Shown one piece after another: positions 12,101-19,345 of a stretch of DNA of 64,000 nucleotides. The stretch's first letter is position 1. Each line of letters starts with the position of its first letter. Location of the stretch: IMG/VR virus record IMGVR_UViG_3300037042_003348, positions 3,965 to 67,964 of that record; one strand, 5' to 3'. This stretch comes from a virus. The notes beneath the pieces were generated by a model. The model did not search any database. It was not told where the DNA came from and worked only from the letters and a program-made list of their open reading frames with translations. The position numbers and the translations under genes are program-made.

Positions 12101-15100
12101 ATCGCCACGGCAGTGGCGAAGGTAAAGTTTTTGATGACTACGACGAAGCAGTCGAGTCGCAGCGATTGGCAGCTTTGAACTATTTAGAAACAGCAAACGA
12201 GGAGATTGATGATGGCGGTAAGAAACGAGACGGAAGAAGAGCAGCGGTCACCAGAGGAGATCTACGCGACGATTCAGAACAAGATCGACCAGGAATGGGG
12301 TCAAACTCTGGGTCAACCCCAAGCTACGGGCGAGCTAAAGAAGGAGCCGTCAGCTACGTCGGAAGGCACTACTCAAAGGAAGCTCGAGAGTCGCTAGATG
12401 TTAAGTTCCGTGGTACTGGAATCCCTGGTGCTGAAAATAGAAGGCTGCGTGGGACAGATGATGATCGCATAAAGAAACGCATCTACTTTTACATCGACAC
12501 TGCCGGAGAAATCAAGCCAGAGATGGGTGTTGGTAGCTTTGCTCACGAGGTTAAGCTAGACAATCTTTACGATCCAGATTCGAAACTCATCGAGTACCCT
12601 GGCGATCCTAATAAGTTTGAGTCAGCTATCGTTGACGCAGGTTACGACGGCTACATCTCGAAGTCCTTTGGTATGGCCGTTCTTCTCGGCCCCCAGCACA
12701 CTAACGTCCCTGTGCGTCGTGCGAAAGAATATGAAAAAGGTCAAGGCGATCGTTACTCCCCAGTTCGCCAAGCAAAGAGAAAGCGTGATCCCGAGGTCAC
12801 GAAAGCTGCGCAAGATCTGAAGGCTGGTCTAATCGATCGTGATCAGTATCAGAGGATCGTGGACATGAGAATGCCTCTCCGCAAGTTTGATGAGGTGCCG
12901 ATTCCAGCAAGCAAGGAAGATATGCTTCGCGGATTGGGCAAACGCAAAGCTGGTGAGCGACTCAAGAGAGATCTAATTCAAAATCCTGAAGACATCGCCA
13001 AAGGAACATTGCTTGAAGCCCGACTGGACATTCCTGCCTACGATGAAGAAAACGTCTGGATAGTCTCTTTGCATGAACCTCGCTCAGACCTGAATAAGGG
13101 AAGTGCCGGTCGAGTTGTCGCCTATACTCCGACATCTGTATTGAGAAATGTTACTTTCGGGGTCACCGAAACAGCCGCTCTGAATATCGCCGCTGGCAAG
13201 CCCAAGTCCACAATAGCTACCATGCGAGGCGAGTATGTGCCGATGACGGCAAAGCAAGCCTATGAGCTCGCAGAGACCAATAAGGATCAGTGGGTTGAGA
13301 TTGGGATGAATCCCGTACGCCACACTTACTTCTACGATAAAAATACGCAGGCTCCAGTGGAGTCGGCAGAAGAAGTAGTGCAAGTAGGCGGCATGGTGTT
13401 GGCTAAGAATCCTGTGCTGGGAAAACGAGAGAACTATCGTTACTCCCCTAGCCGTAAGGACGACTTGCTGGATTGGCTAATCCAGAACCTTGAAGAGCAG
13501 GGCGTAATCAAGCCAGAGAAGACGCCAGATCCGAAGCCTACTGGCACGAAGTACGCAAGGACTGAAGGACAGCGAACATTTGTTGGTGACTCGCCTAGAG
13601 AATCGTATGGCCCTCGTAAAGTCGAAGAGAGGCAACAGAAGGCGATCGCTGAGCTTGCTGCCAATCCAGGTCGTCCTTACGAGATCATCGCGCAGATGGA
13701 CGCGAAGCCAGCACCGTTGACGGACATGGAAGATGCGATCCTCAACGCTCGCATCAGGCAACTGAAGAATGATGGCGACATCCAGGGATCCGACAGGAAG
13801 GAATGGCTCGATCTTAATCGCACTGTTCAGCGAGGACATTCTGAATGGGGCTACGCAGGCCATGCAGCACAGGCTGAACTGGCGGATGACTTCTCGGTTG
13901 AAGGATTGACACGCAGACACACGGATCACGTTGGAGAAGATCCTAAGTCTGAAAAACTGGCAACGTATGCAGATCTTGCTGATCGCATCGACAAGATGGA
14001 AACGGAGAAGGCTGACCTTATTGAGAAGCTTGCGCAAGAAGCGATTGCTCGTCAGAAGGCCGAAGAGAACCAGAAGCCACCTCCTAAGGAGAAAATTGGG
14101 ACGAAGCGAGCTACCTTGATGAAAAAGGTTGCTGATGGCTTTGCTGCATTCCAGAACGCCTGGAGTGGTGGTACGACTGGCCGACCTGCAGTTGCTCGTC
14201 AAGCTGAGTCGTCTGCTTTCAAGAAGTGGTTTGGCAACAGTAAGGTAGTCGACGACAACGGCGATCCGTTGGTTATGTACCACGGAACAGACAAAGACTT
14301 CAATGTGTTTGAAAACCGTGGCGGTAAGGTCTCGGTCTTGTTCTCCACGTTTGATGTTGATCGCAAGGGGTTTTTCTTCGCTAAGGATAAGGGTCTTTCC
14401 CTTGAGTACGGCAGCAAGCTTGTGCCAGTCTATTTGTCGATTCAGAAGCCAGCTAACTTCCTTGACAGTAAGGAATGGCCAAAGATCAAGGAAGGTCTTG
14501 TTGAGAGAGGGTGGAATGAAAGATATCTCGATCGAACTGATGCTTGGGAGCTGTTTGATGTAGATGAGTCGAACGATGGTGCTAAGCTCATTAAAGACCT
14601 AAAGTCGATGGGTTACGATGGAGCAATCATCGAAGAGCCATCATGGCAAGATGAGAACGGCGAATATGGTGTGTCTCACGTTGCGTTTGATAACACCCAG
14701 ATTAAGTCCGCCACTGGTAACGTCGGCACATTCGACGCAACAAACCCAGACATCCGCTACTCCCCAAGTCGGCAAGAACCTGATATTAAGGCTGCGGCTG
14801 CTAGCATCGTTGCAACATTGCGTGAGATGGGCGTGAGTTCCGAGTTGGAGCTCGAGTCTCAGGTTAATGCGAACATGCCAAATGTTACACCCGAGCAGAT
14901 GCAGGTGATTAAGGAAGCATGGGACGAAAGCGTCAAGAAGACCAAGCTTGAGTCTCCTTTGGGTGACAATCCAGATCAGGCAGAAATTGGTGCTCGAGCA
15001 AAGGAGCTGATGAAGCTTGCGATCGAGGCTGGTCATGGAGCCACACCAGGTACATGGCAAGAAGTCGTTGATGTTGTGCATGCACAGTTGTCAATCGAAG

Positions 15101-18090
15101 TCCCTGGTATCTTCGAATATGACACTATGCAAGCCATGTCGGATTACGGCGAATGGACGGCATTGCAGCGTGGTGATGTGGTTGACAAAATCAGAGCCAT
15201 TCGTGGCAAGGTCAGACAGACACTAAAGATCGAGGACACACTTGATGCTATTCAGCAAGCTAAAGAATGGCTTGAGAATGGCGTCAGTCCTGAAGAGGTG
15301 TCACGACGGCTGGTTGAAGAAGGTCGACTTCCAAAATCAACAGGTCGTGAGCAGGCGACACCTGACAGTATTGAGCGTGACTTGATCGCTGAGTTCAACA
15401 AGCTTAAGAAGGGATTGCCGGTATCTGCAGAGTCTCGAGAAGGACAACTGAAGACTGCATTAAGCACAGCCAAGACAGCTGGCCGAAACAGGCTCGAGTT
15501 GCTGGACAAGGATATTGAACTGCTTGAAGAAGCAGTCGCTAAACGTACAGCGATAGTGAAGTCTGTTGATGAGCGGACCCCGTTAAAGCCAGATACCGAA
15601 CTGGCTGAGATCAGAAAGAAGCTAGAGGACAAGAGGAAGCGAAGAGACGAGCTTAAGGCTGAGTATGAGACGATATTCCCACCAACCAAGAAACAGCGAC
15701 TAGAAACAGCTGAGGCGCAGACAGAGCGAGCTCGAGAGTCGATCAAAAGACTGCAAGATAAGTTGCGTCAACTCAAGGAAGGTAAAGACATAAGCCCAAC
15801 GCGACAGCCTGATCTTTTGCCGAACGAAATCCGAACTGAGCTCAAGATGTGGCAGGAGCGGTTCAAGGCCGCTAAGCAGGCCGCAAAAGAAGCCAATGAG
15901 GCACAGTACGAAGGCGAGGGAGGTGCCTTACTTCCTCCATCCGGCCGCAAGCAGCTTACTGAGGCTCAGAAGCTGAAGGCGTCTGAGAGAATGCTGCGAG
16001 AGCAGATTGACGCAATCAAGGCTGACATCAAGGCACTCGAGAACGGCACATGGGCTCCAGCTAGTTTGGCTGCAACTACGCCAACTTCAGAGCTCAAGAC
16101 TGCTTTGAAGGCCGAGCTTGATGCCTTGAGGGCTGTTCGTAAGAAGGCTCAAGAGGCTAGCCCTGCGTACCAAGCCAACCAGGAACGAAAGTATTGGGAG
16201 CGATACCGCAAAGGTCAGGAAAAGCGTCTGGCGTTCTGGGAGAAGCGTCGTGTCGAAGCGGCTGGCGGAATACTTCCTGTTCCACGCAAGAAGCGTACGA
16301 TTACAGAGGAAGCCATCCTCGACAAGAACTTGGAGATCGAGAAGCTTAAGTACGAAGCCATGTACGAGATCGAGAAGGCGAAACGTGCAACCTGGAACGC
16401 AGGTCAATGGATTGGTTATGGGCTGCTCGAGGCGACATCGTTAATACCGAAGACATTGATGCTCGGTATGGAAATGTCTTTCGTTCTTAGGCAAGGGTTC
16501 TTCTACTTGAGATCGCATCCAATCAAGGCATTCATGGCTGTGGTCGAGTCGATGCCTGCAGTGTGGAGTCAGCGATATGCTTTAGCTTCTGTCGACAGGC
16601 TTGAAAGTCGTCCGAACGCTAAGGAATATCTGCAAGGCGGTGTGGAGTTCACTAAGAAGGATGGCCCACAAGCGAAACTGGAAGAGATGTATCAGTCAGC
16701 TGTTATTCGCTGGCTCGAGAACACGAAGACTCCATGGCTGTTCCCGTTTCGTAAGTGGGTAGCTGCCTACGGGGCTTTCGAACGAGGCAACCGGACTTTT
16801 GCCAACATTATGAAAGCTGACTTGTACGACATTCAAAAGCGTGACACGTTAGCTGCGCGTGAGCTCTTCAAGGTTAGTACCGAATGGACCGAGGATGACG
16901 TTAAGGAGACTGGCAGGATAACAAACATCTTCAGCGGGCGAGGAACCGGTCTCAAGGGTGGAAACCCATGGCTCGACTTCTTCTTCTTAGCTAGGCGATG
17001 GACGTGGTCTAGGATCCAGGCTGATTTTATTGTGCCATTCCAGTTAGCGACTCCGCAATGGCTAGGCCAATGGAATGCCGATCGCGGGATGCGAGTGTCG
17101 CTGGCTAAGCTGTACATTCAAACTCTTATGGGTCACGCTACGAAAATAGCCATGGGTCATTTCATCTACTCACTTCTTGCTGGTGATGATGAAGAAAAGA
17201 AGCCTACCTGGGAATGGGACACTCGGTCTAGTGACGCATGGGCTACTAAGGTTGGCGAGACGCGATTCAAGGATGATGGTGGCTTGATGCCAGCTATCGT
17301 TTTAGCTTCGCGGCTGCTGACTGGAACAATGAAGACGGCCGATGGCGAGATCAAGTCGATCTATGGAGAGGATGTTAACTATGGAGGCAAGGCTGCATCA
17401 GACTTCATAATCGATTTTGCTAGATACAAGATGGGTACTGGACCTGCAGGTATCATGGAGTGGTTTTCTGGAAAGGATGCTGTCGGAAGGAACATAGCAA
17501 AGAAGGATGATCCAACGGCAGTGTATAGACATATTGTGTGGTCTCGTGTTAAGCCGTTAACATGGGGCGAAATAGCTTCAGCCGAGAAGGAGCTAGGAGT
17601 CGCAACTGGAACGCTTGCATCGCTCGAGGCGTTGTTTGGTACGTCTGTTTCGACTTACGGCGACCGGACTACTTACCGAAATGCTAATGAAAAAGACAGG
17701 GAGGACCAGATCAAGACGGATCTCAGGGGAATGAAGTGGGACTCGCCAGATCCTGCGTACGAAGAGTTCTTAAACGCCGACCAGAAAGAAGCGTTCCGGC
17801 TGCGACGTGAAGAGCGGAAGGGAGCTTTGATGGCAGAAGCCTTCACTGATCCTAAGCTGGAGAACTTCAAGGATCAGGAAGGTTTCGACAAAGCTGTCGA
17901 AAGTCGTGACGAGGCTCTCAAGGAAGTTATTGGGGCTGGCATGACCTACGAGGATATTCAGACCCAGCTCATCGAATACTGGAAGCAAAACCATGGTTCA
18001 GCGTACGAACGCAAAGGAAATGGCTGGGTTTTGAAAGCCGCGATCGTTAACCGATTGCGAGTGGCTAGGGACGCACTTGAAGAAAAATAG
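3124..18090 (+). CDS. Giant (4988 aa) polyvalent virion/ejection protein: two zincin HExxH motifs, several ADP-ribosyltransferase-like domains, GNAT-like and glycosylase-like domains
   Basis: HEVVH (6697) and HEGLH (7525); R-S-E ART 'LYRG..FSTD..ESEV' (~11100-11290); polyvalent-type ART 'FKKWFGNSKVVDDNGDPLVMYHGT' (~14220); GNAT-like 'LDAFDTFLPVLYSVNGF'; Ala/Gly-rich N-terminus typical of ejection proteins. Confidence 0.8.
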   Translation: MSDFLEMFKAEKAKRTAEKAKENSANRSELERGWDRGVAGMKSSFAGAGAIGSTLLGDEEGAQQYIDSYQEYERQASENPATVDKFFSTDPKSGAFGSVSNFAGYTGGLIGSTGPSLIESAGASIGGAMIGGALVPAPDPADVATVPIGAAAGFFGKKYVKKLIADKVEQYVKDGIAKDAAERMANQAVKKNLAAKAGAGLASSQATAVPASGQMYGKGRKDGYDNPYSALALGQLSGLSEAVLGSVPGAVMSFIGKSAAKDVAKEFGLKEAAGYVYDLVTAAPKAGAKEGIQEAFQASLESVNETINDPKKKLFTRENFMNWAEAFAGGAFIGGLIGSGSTTYKAASDTKSAIQARRAQLEKARTKGWVSKPEAAELGIAGENRPDRKADLERQLEEVKAAEAQAIAAEEEAKAAEEQGETPPGLLVGRGRSGGGVSQSPPSLPPQATPPAVVAPTTDQQVPPTTPPATLPSQPQQLQQQPQVQPDDILSRDPTDGDMTPEEYEAWKRAKAARDAASQSQSPQQQPPVPPAVTPTAPPTAPPVPPSGMTPEEQEAFERASVDEEQSAAQSQTPPPPTAETPPSAPRKERSVRKDRLVASPESEPAPSATSQRSQPESEQAAVAETPEAEQVSDTTPPSSSSRAAAPQDPSRPTTQSEESTETPATSYEPSEAEITDELTKRFAGKVERPGVPLHGVQRGVARRSVIGKKYVSEGLADLEKEMTGAGFNEGSTVAMIQGLADPWTMNPEGNVDEKTGKAIPGGLQDESGRSLETGVKLGEKLWNQHFSEMEALGIGTKIDANTKQSVLNKAWASKGKQGLVRIGKMQGGKFVEDKERTAKARKVIEDAFRFSHGKPLETSKQAPSKPTTPSKPSRPAVTPVASSVVAPVTSTPVALPADPVGKTTTSSPQASPPPLPKTATPPPLPSNQGTRSPIDPASIPAPVSRVQLDAVPENEIYSRKGSDDKVRYLVKDSEGMDSIYDTIEEAQEESERKKSTKAESKAKQEPKSSGAVSEESQRDEEAKDAPKTKKGGDSNEVQAKERQQGQTNADADAKAEAEGQVGDKGAQAADKTPSPGSSSVDSTKTPSTSEPKAPPKRLSEWEQGVMELLNTITAFKGASFELSEADQTVKVTRPDGLSTKIHFGADELLDRIAKRRGEPQWNGAYIFKSGRPEDGNIYLRSDTDHTYVLNHEVVHWLEDAGIITPAEVKKYGGREGLAEAYGEWAATRARPENTLFEKIYDFFEQIFDLDARFFKKLNERVDSTKGEAKAPTQKTTSTKVDKKTPAPDVDAKSETKAETAKQTAAKDLFDGYDLPRLQELVSRLGEAGVDIKATDRDGIIKELVGMPKVMALLEQRLPKPKPKAKSKPPKSPTQRPKPAPAGYVPQQIGDATVVEPETKVEKQQEKILNDMGVTLRVFVGGSRNIPGYYDGTNNTIWLNRAYIAFMDEKWKREGKPDNSMAWGLFMHEGLHAIRDKYPKTWKKLYEWVNARDEAGLIEAGENYVSDFTSVRDEGGPEAAFADQYLERLKIDEALMQDEQLSRYIEDRAGTFEFWNELGKSEPGILAKIGQWFRKALRFAEPSTTDPDTLAGQVRLAIESAMKENGIETSGSRASPARTDSSSVKKKKSSSGVENERKARTLDEVRSRVAKDYDLTVSSEPIQMIDGRSFSSLDPDVVGTGLLVQDADAAMQRMMTESLQEAGVPEEIASTVKAPSSAEVDYAFRLTDGSRYWYELSATGFVKDFFGLSRKLTERLIDIVAGTSGGQKPTDNLRVAVASMAQDMQGRPVSVGTRDESSLTAALSPAMLETHKFGNFSDTMQVLGGLRPGVKPLPTIDLQMAKVFGVQHAAIASDPRMYEAMSRFLIKLRDAQNAMLKNGEQPYESWQIQALLWVAQRDTSDPDSFNIGMPKIVAQLKKAGIPTPGGKITEETLMDPRTSDVLAPTSKIIPESYTATIGTWNNLTKVGKESAEVLEELKAIDAPWARKMVDEFEKIQRRTMRAFGNRRPPKPGNKTRQKSVASWLLSVIMNKSPNSHELSRVDTDAWGTFEGAASPNIRFPLNLGAVGDTEEGGGTKRYVPTKDHREQFLSVLGKYLKQESQAASQFIPADLGSHDTFSILVRRYDKVGITESELEEISDGLGRPISYKQVPNGWQLDINIRGFDKTEGQKAESSDVQRIHDVMQKFALKGAVRYDVLPRLYESSYIKKSDYNKHIRNLENEIRKNSDTGGSGEALGYTEDGGASDYAAVVEQIKGIATKQESAFRKWTKDARERVAKRKVQFGDQQGPDSGQRYSPGRRSEPAGDGRGRDQSRKYSPLEGAPSSQGATGPDPRLVDVAEKYARENGIDLKRQAEYVKVDEDRAKRISKAYEDMPHDPQDPKVKEAYQELAKQTKAQYDALVADGYTFTFYDNESDPYAGNPMNAMRDLRQNKSMAVYGTSAGFGTKGVTSGYVDDNPLLVDTGVRWKDQNEVERPVNAVELFRAVHDTFGHGLEGSGFRARGEENAWQAHVRLFTGSAIGAMTTGTRGQNSWLNFGPYGEKNKTAKVEDTIFADQKTGLMPEWTWTEGRAADYDSSRASVGRRDIPQPPSIIAKVLSEKSDADVLKEYTQKWKGAPNRGPFLRVIRGQVPTQQDSIAVWEDDRAARLLLDEIDGSPEINRVLYRGTTATELDRFVADSEVRELPRGFSTDKKIARKFSDGGVIVVEQGARGVSVGGKYESEVISRGPFEIISDKTESGSRVLRVRQLNYSDTTNKEIDDGTTRQETGRSQDDGSRAAAGRSGKEATAAIRSRIGPNGRAWSRSQNSRTVGGYGVVASYKSDSPEWNEVGVATPNFVELQKSGKSAAQFASAINAARESQGKLGASVYVYPEEDYRDMRLFLTEDGKAGFALKDSGEVGVSDIVSVFNTANNAHRGVSYSMIRLAVEEGGNTLDAFDTFLPVLYSVNGFKVISRTKWNGEFAPDGWSKEEYLDFNNGEPDVVFMAYDPKRTDIYRHGSGEGKVFDDYDEAVESQRLAALNYLETANEEIDDGGKKRDGRRAAVTRGDLRDDSEQDRPGMGSNSGSTPSYGRAKEGAVSYVGRHYSKEARESLDVKFRGTGIPGAENRRLRGTDDDRIKKRIYFYIDTAGEIKPEMGVGSFAHEVKLDNLYDPDSKLIEYPGDPNKFESAIVDAGYDGYISKSFGMAVLLGPQHTNVPVRRAKEYEKGQGDRYSPVRQAKRKRDPEVTKAAQDLKAGLIDRDQYQRIVDMRMPLRKFDEVPIPASKEDMLRGLGKRKAGERLKRDLIQNPEDIAKGTLLEARLDIPAYDEENVWIVSLHEPRSDLNKGSAGRVVAYTPTSVLRNVTFGVTETAALNIAAGKPKSTIATMRGEYVPMTAKQAYELAETNKDQWVEIGMNPVRHTYFYDKNTQAPVESAEEVVQVGGMVLAKNPVLGKRENYRYSPSRKDDLLDWLIQNLEEQGVIKPEKTPDPKPTGTKYARTEGQRTFVGDSPRESYGPRKVEERQQKAIAELAANPGRPYEIIAQMDAKPAPLTDMEDAILNARIRQLKNDGDIQGSDRKEWLDLNRTVQRGHSEWGYAGHAAQAELADDFSVEGLTRRHTDHVGEDPKSEKLATYADLADRIDKMETEKADLIEKLAQEAIARQKAEENQKPPPKEKIGTKRATLMKKVADGFAAFQNAWSGGTTGRPAVARQAESSAFKKWFGNSKVVDDNGDPLVMYHGTDKDFNVFENRGGKVSVLFSTFDVDRKGFFFAKDKGLSLEYGSKLVPVYLSIQKPANFLDSKEWPKIKEGLVERGWNERYLDRTDAWELFDVDESNDGAKLIKDLKSMGYDGAIIEEPSWQDENGEYGVSHVAFDNTQIKSATGNVGTFDATNPDIRYSPSRQEPDIKAAAASIVATLREMGVSSELELESQVNANMPNVTPEQMQVIKEAWDESVKKTKLESPLGDNPDQAEIGARAKELMKLAIEAGHGATPGTWQEVVDVVHAQLSIEVPGIFEYDTMQAMSDYGEWTALQRGDVVDKIRAIRGKVRQTLKIEDTLDAIQQAKEWLENGVSPEEVSRRLVEEGRLPKSTGREQATPDSIERDLIAEFNKLKKGLPVSAESREGQLKTALSTAKTAGRNRLELLDKDIELLEEAVAKRTAIVKSVDERTPLKPDTELAEIRKKLEDKRKRRDELKAEYETIFPPTKKQRLETAEAQTERARESIKRLQDKLRQLKEGKDISPTRQPDLLPNEIRTELKMWQERFKAAKQAAKEANEAQYEGEGGALLPPSGRKQLTEAQKLKASERMLREQIDAIKADIKALENGTWAPASLAATTPTSELKTALKAELDALRAVRKKAQEASPAYQANQERKYWERYRKGQEKRLAFWEKRRVEAAGGILPVPRKKRTITEEAILDKNLEIEKLKYEAMYEIEKAKRATWNAGQWIGYGLLEATSLIPKTLMLGMEMSFVLRQGFFYLRSHPIKAFMAVVESMPAVWSQRYALASVDRLESRPNAKEYLQGGVEFTKKDGPQAKLEEMYQSAVIRWLENTKTPWLFPFRKWVAAYGAFERGNRTFANIMKADLYDIQKRDTLAARELFKVSTEWTEDDVKETGRITNIFSGRGTGLKGGNPWLDFFFLARRWTWSRIQADFIVPFQLATPQWLGQWNADRGMRVSLAKLYIQTLMGHATKIAMGHFIYSLLAGDDEEKKPTWEWDTRSSDAWATKVGETRFKDDGGLMPAIVLASRLLTGTMKTADGEIKSIYGEDVNYGGKAASDFIIDFARYKMGTGPAGIMEWFSGKDAVGRNIAKKDDPTAVYRHIVWSRVKPLTWGEIASAEKELGVATGTLASLEALFGTSVSTYGDRTTYRNANEKDREDQIKTDLRGMKWDSPDPAYEEFLNADQKEAFRLRREERKGALMAEAFTDPKLENFKDQEGFDKAVESRDEALKEVIGAGMTYEDIQTQLIEYWKQNHGSAYERKGNGWVLKAAIVNRLRVARDALEEK
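6230..6310 (+). CDS. Overprinted small basic peptide (26 aa, MKSKPKSGSKGKPMPMPMPKPKPKGK), +1 frame of the giant gene
   Basis: Strong SD GGAGGTGA 5 nt before ATG; Lys/Pro-rich composition like small basic phage peptides. Confidence 0.55.
   Translation: MKSKPKSGSKGKPMPMPMPKPKPKGK
9782..10126 (+). CDS. Overprinted small protein (114 aa), +1 frame of the giant gene
   Basis: AAGGA upstream; protein-like N-terminus (MKFGKILTPEEAERLWGIP..); spans the RYSPGR linker. Confidence 0.45.
   Translation: MKFGKILTPEEAERLWGIPRTGELVIMPQLSSKSKASQQSKNQPSGSGQKMQESASQSEKSNLAINKDQTQDKDIPQDDDPNRPETEEDAIRAESIRRLKAHHQAKGRQGQTRG
11396..11566 (+). CDS. Overprinted small protein (56 aa, ..LDLMEELGVDRKTAERWADMA), +1 frame
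   Basis: Start context AGGAGATTGATGATGG is identical to that of the stand-alone gene at 38889; follows the R-S-E ART domain. Confidence 0.55.
   Translation: MMVQPDKKQEDRKTTVAEQQPDEAEKKQPPPSGVVLDLMEELGVDRKTAERWADMA
12209..12397 (+). CDS. Overprinted small protein (62 aa), +1 frame
   Basis: Same AGGAGATTGATGATGG start context; amphipathic helix SPEEIYATIQNKIDQEW; follows the GNAT-like domain. Confidence 0.5.
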   Translation: MMAVRNETEEEQRSPEEIYATIQNKIDQEWGQTLGQPQATGELKKEPSATSEGTTQRKLESR

Positions 18091-18191
18091 GATGAATTTC
18101 ATACTAAGCACGTACTGGTCAAATTAGTTGGCCAGTACAATGTTTGTCTGATTGTTGTTTAGTTTCGCAGGTTTTTTGAAAGGGTTTTTGT

Positions 18192-18602
18192 ATGTCGCAA
18201 GCACTTTTGCTTTTGATCCAGTTGCTGAATTTGTTTCTTAGAAAAGCTGCTATCCACAAGGATTGTCCAGACGGAGCGTGCGTTGCTCCTCTTGCGACAG
18301 CAGCTGTGCTGTCAACACAGTTACAGGCTCCAAACGTGTCGTTTGGTATCTTTGATCTCTTTCGATTCCTGCGGTGCTTTCCAATGGATCGCGTACTTGC
18401 TGTCGGTAAGCGGATCGTGGCGGTGTTCCAAGGTTGCGGTAAGTGCCCAGACGGCGAATGCGACTTTATGGATATCTTGAGCTGCATTGATCTAAAGGAA
18501 GCGATTGCAATCGTCACCGAGATCTTCGCGATCATCAAGGACAGTCAAGTCTGTGATGACAGCAGCAGCAACGAGATCACGCTTGGTGAAGCTGTCTCTT
18601 AA
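18192..18602 (+). CDS. Hypothetical Cys-containing protein, possibly membrane-associated (lysis-module position)
   Basis: Hydrophobic N-terminus; two CPDGxC motifs; AAGGG upstream. Confidence 0.55.
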   Translation: MSQALLLLIQLLNLFLRKAAIHKDCPDGACVAPLATAAVLSTQLQAPNVSFGIFDLFRFLRCFPMDRVLAVGKRIVAVFQGCGKCPDGECDFMDILSCIDLKEAIAIVTEIFAIIKDSQVCDDSSSNEITLGEAVS

Positions 18603-18640
18603 TTGACGTAGTGTTACAAACCAGAAAGGATGGAGACAGA

Positions 18641-19345
18641 ATGCTTAGGTCAACTGTTATTACGCTGTGGCTTGTGTTGTCGGTTTACTCGATTGCCACG
18701 CCGCAAGAGACGCTCGCAGAGAAATCGTTCGTTCAGTCTCCATCTGTAGTTAAGCGAGATCGGCCGCTTAAGATCAATCACCCAGCTGGAACAAAGATCC
18801 AGGCGATCTTCGCTAATGCTGAGCGTGGTGTTGTGTCGTGGGTGTACCTGTCTGAAGATCACTTCGATCGATCAAGTACGTTCACGATCTTTGTAGCGCC
18901 TCCTGGTGAGTACCTAATCACTACTGGCGAGTCAACAATCGTTAAGGTTATTGAGGAGGGTATTCCAGGACCAAAGCCAACTCCTTCTCCGCCTGACCCG
19001 AAGCCAGATCCAGATCCAAATCCGACACCATCGCCTCAGCCAAGTCCGAAGCTAAAACTTGAGTGGGCAGTGTGGATCTACGAGCAGGCTGACGCGATCA
19101 ATCAGGTTCCTGAGACCAACACTAGGCTGTCAATTGAGACACGTCGATTTCTTGAGAGCCGAGGCATTAAGCTAGTCGCGTACGACGATGATCAAGAAGC
19201 CGCAAAAGCTAAGCCCTTTCTTGCTGCGGCTGGAGACCTTCCGTCGCTGCTGTTAATGCAAGACTCCACTAAGTATGTCGTTCGAAAGGCACCTAAATCG
19301 CTCGACGAACTGAAAGCAATGATTAAGGAGGTGACAGGTGAGTGA
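18641..19345 (+). CDS. Secreted protein with Pro-rich linker and thioredoxin-like C-terminal region
   Basis: Signal peptide; PKPTPSPPDPKPDPDP linker; GGAG RBS. Confidence 0.6.
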   Translation: MLRSTVITLWLVLSVYSIATPQETLAEKSFVQSPSVVKRDRPLKINHPAGTKIQAIFANAERGVVSWVYLSEDHFDRSSTFTIFVAPPGEYLITTGESTIVKVIEEGIPGPKPTPSPPDPKPDPDPNPTPSPQPSPKLKLEWAVWIYEQADAINQVPETNTRLSIETRRFLESRGIKLVAYDDDQEAAKAKPFLAAAGDLPSLLLMQDSTKYVVRKAPKSLDELKAMIKEVTGE

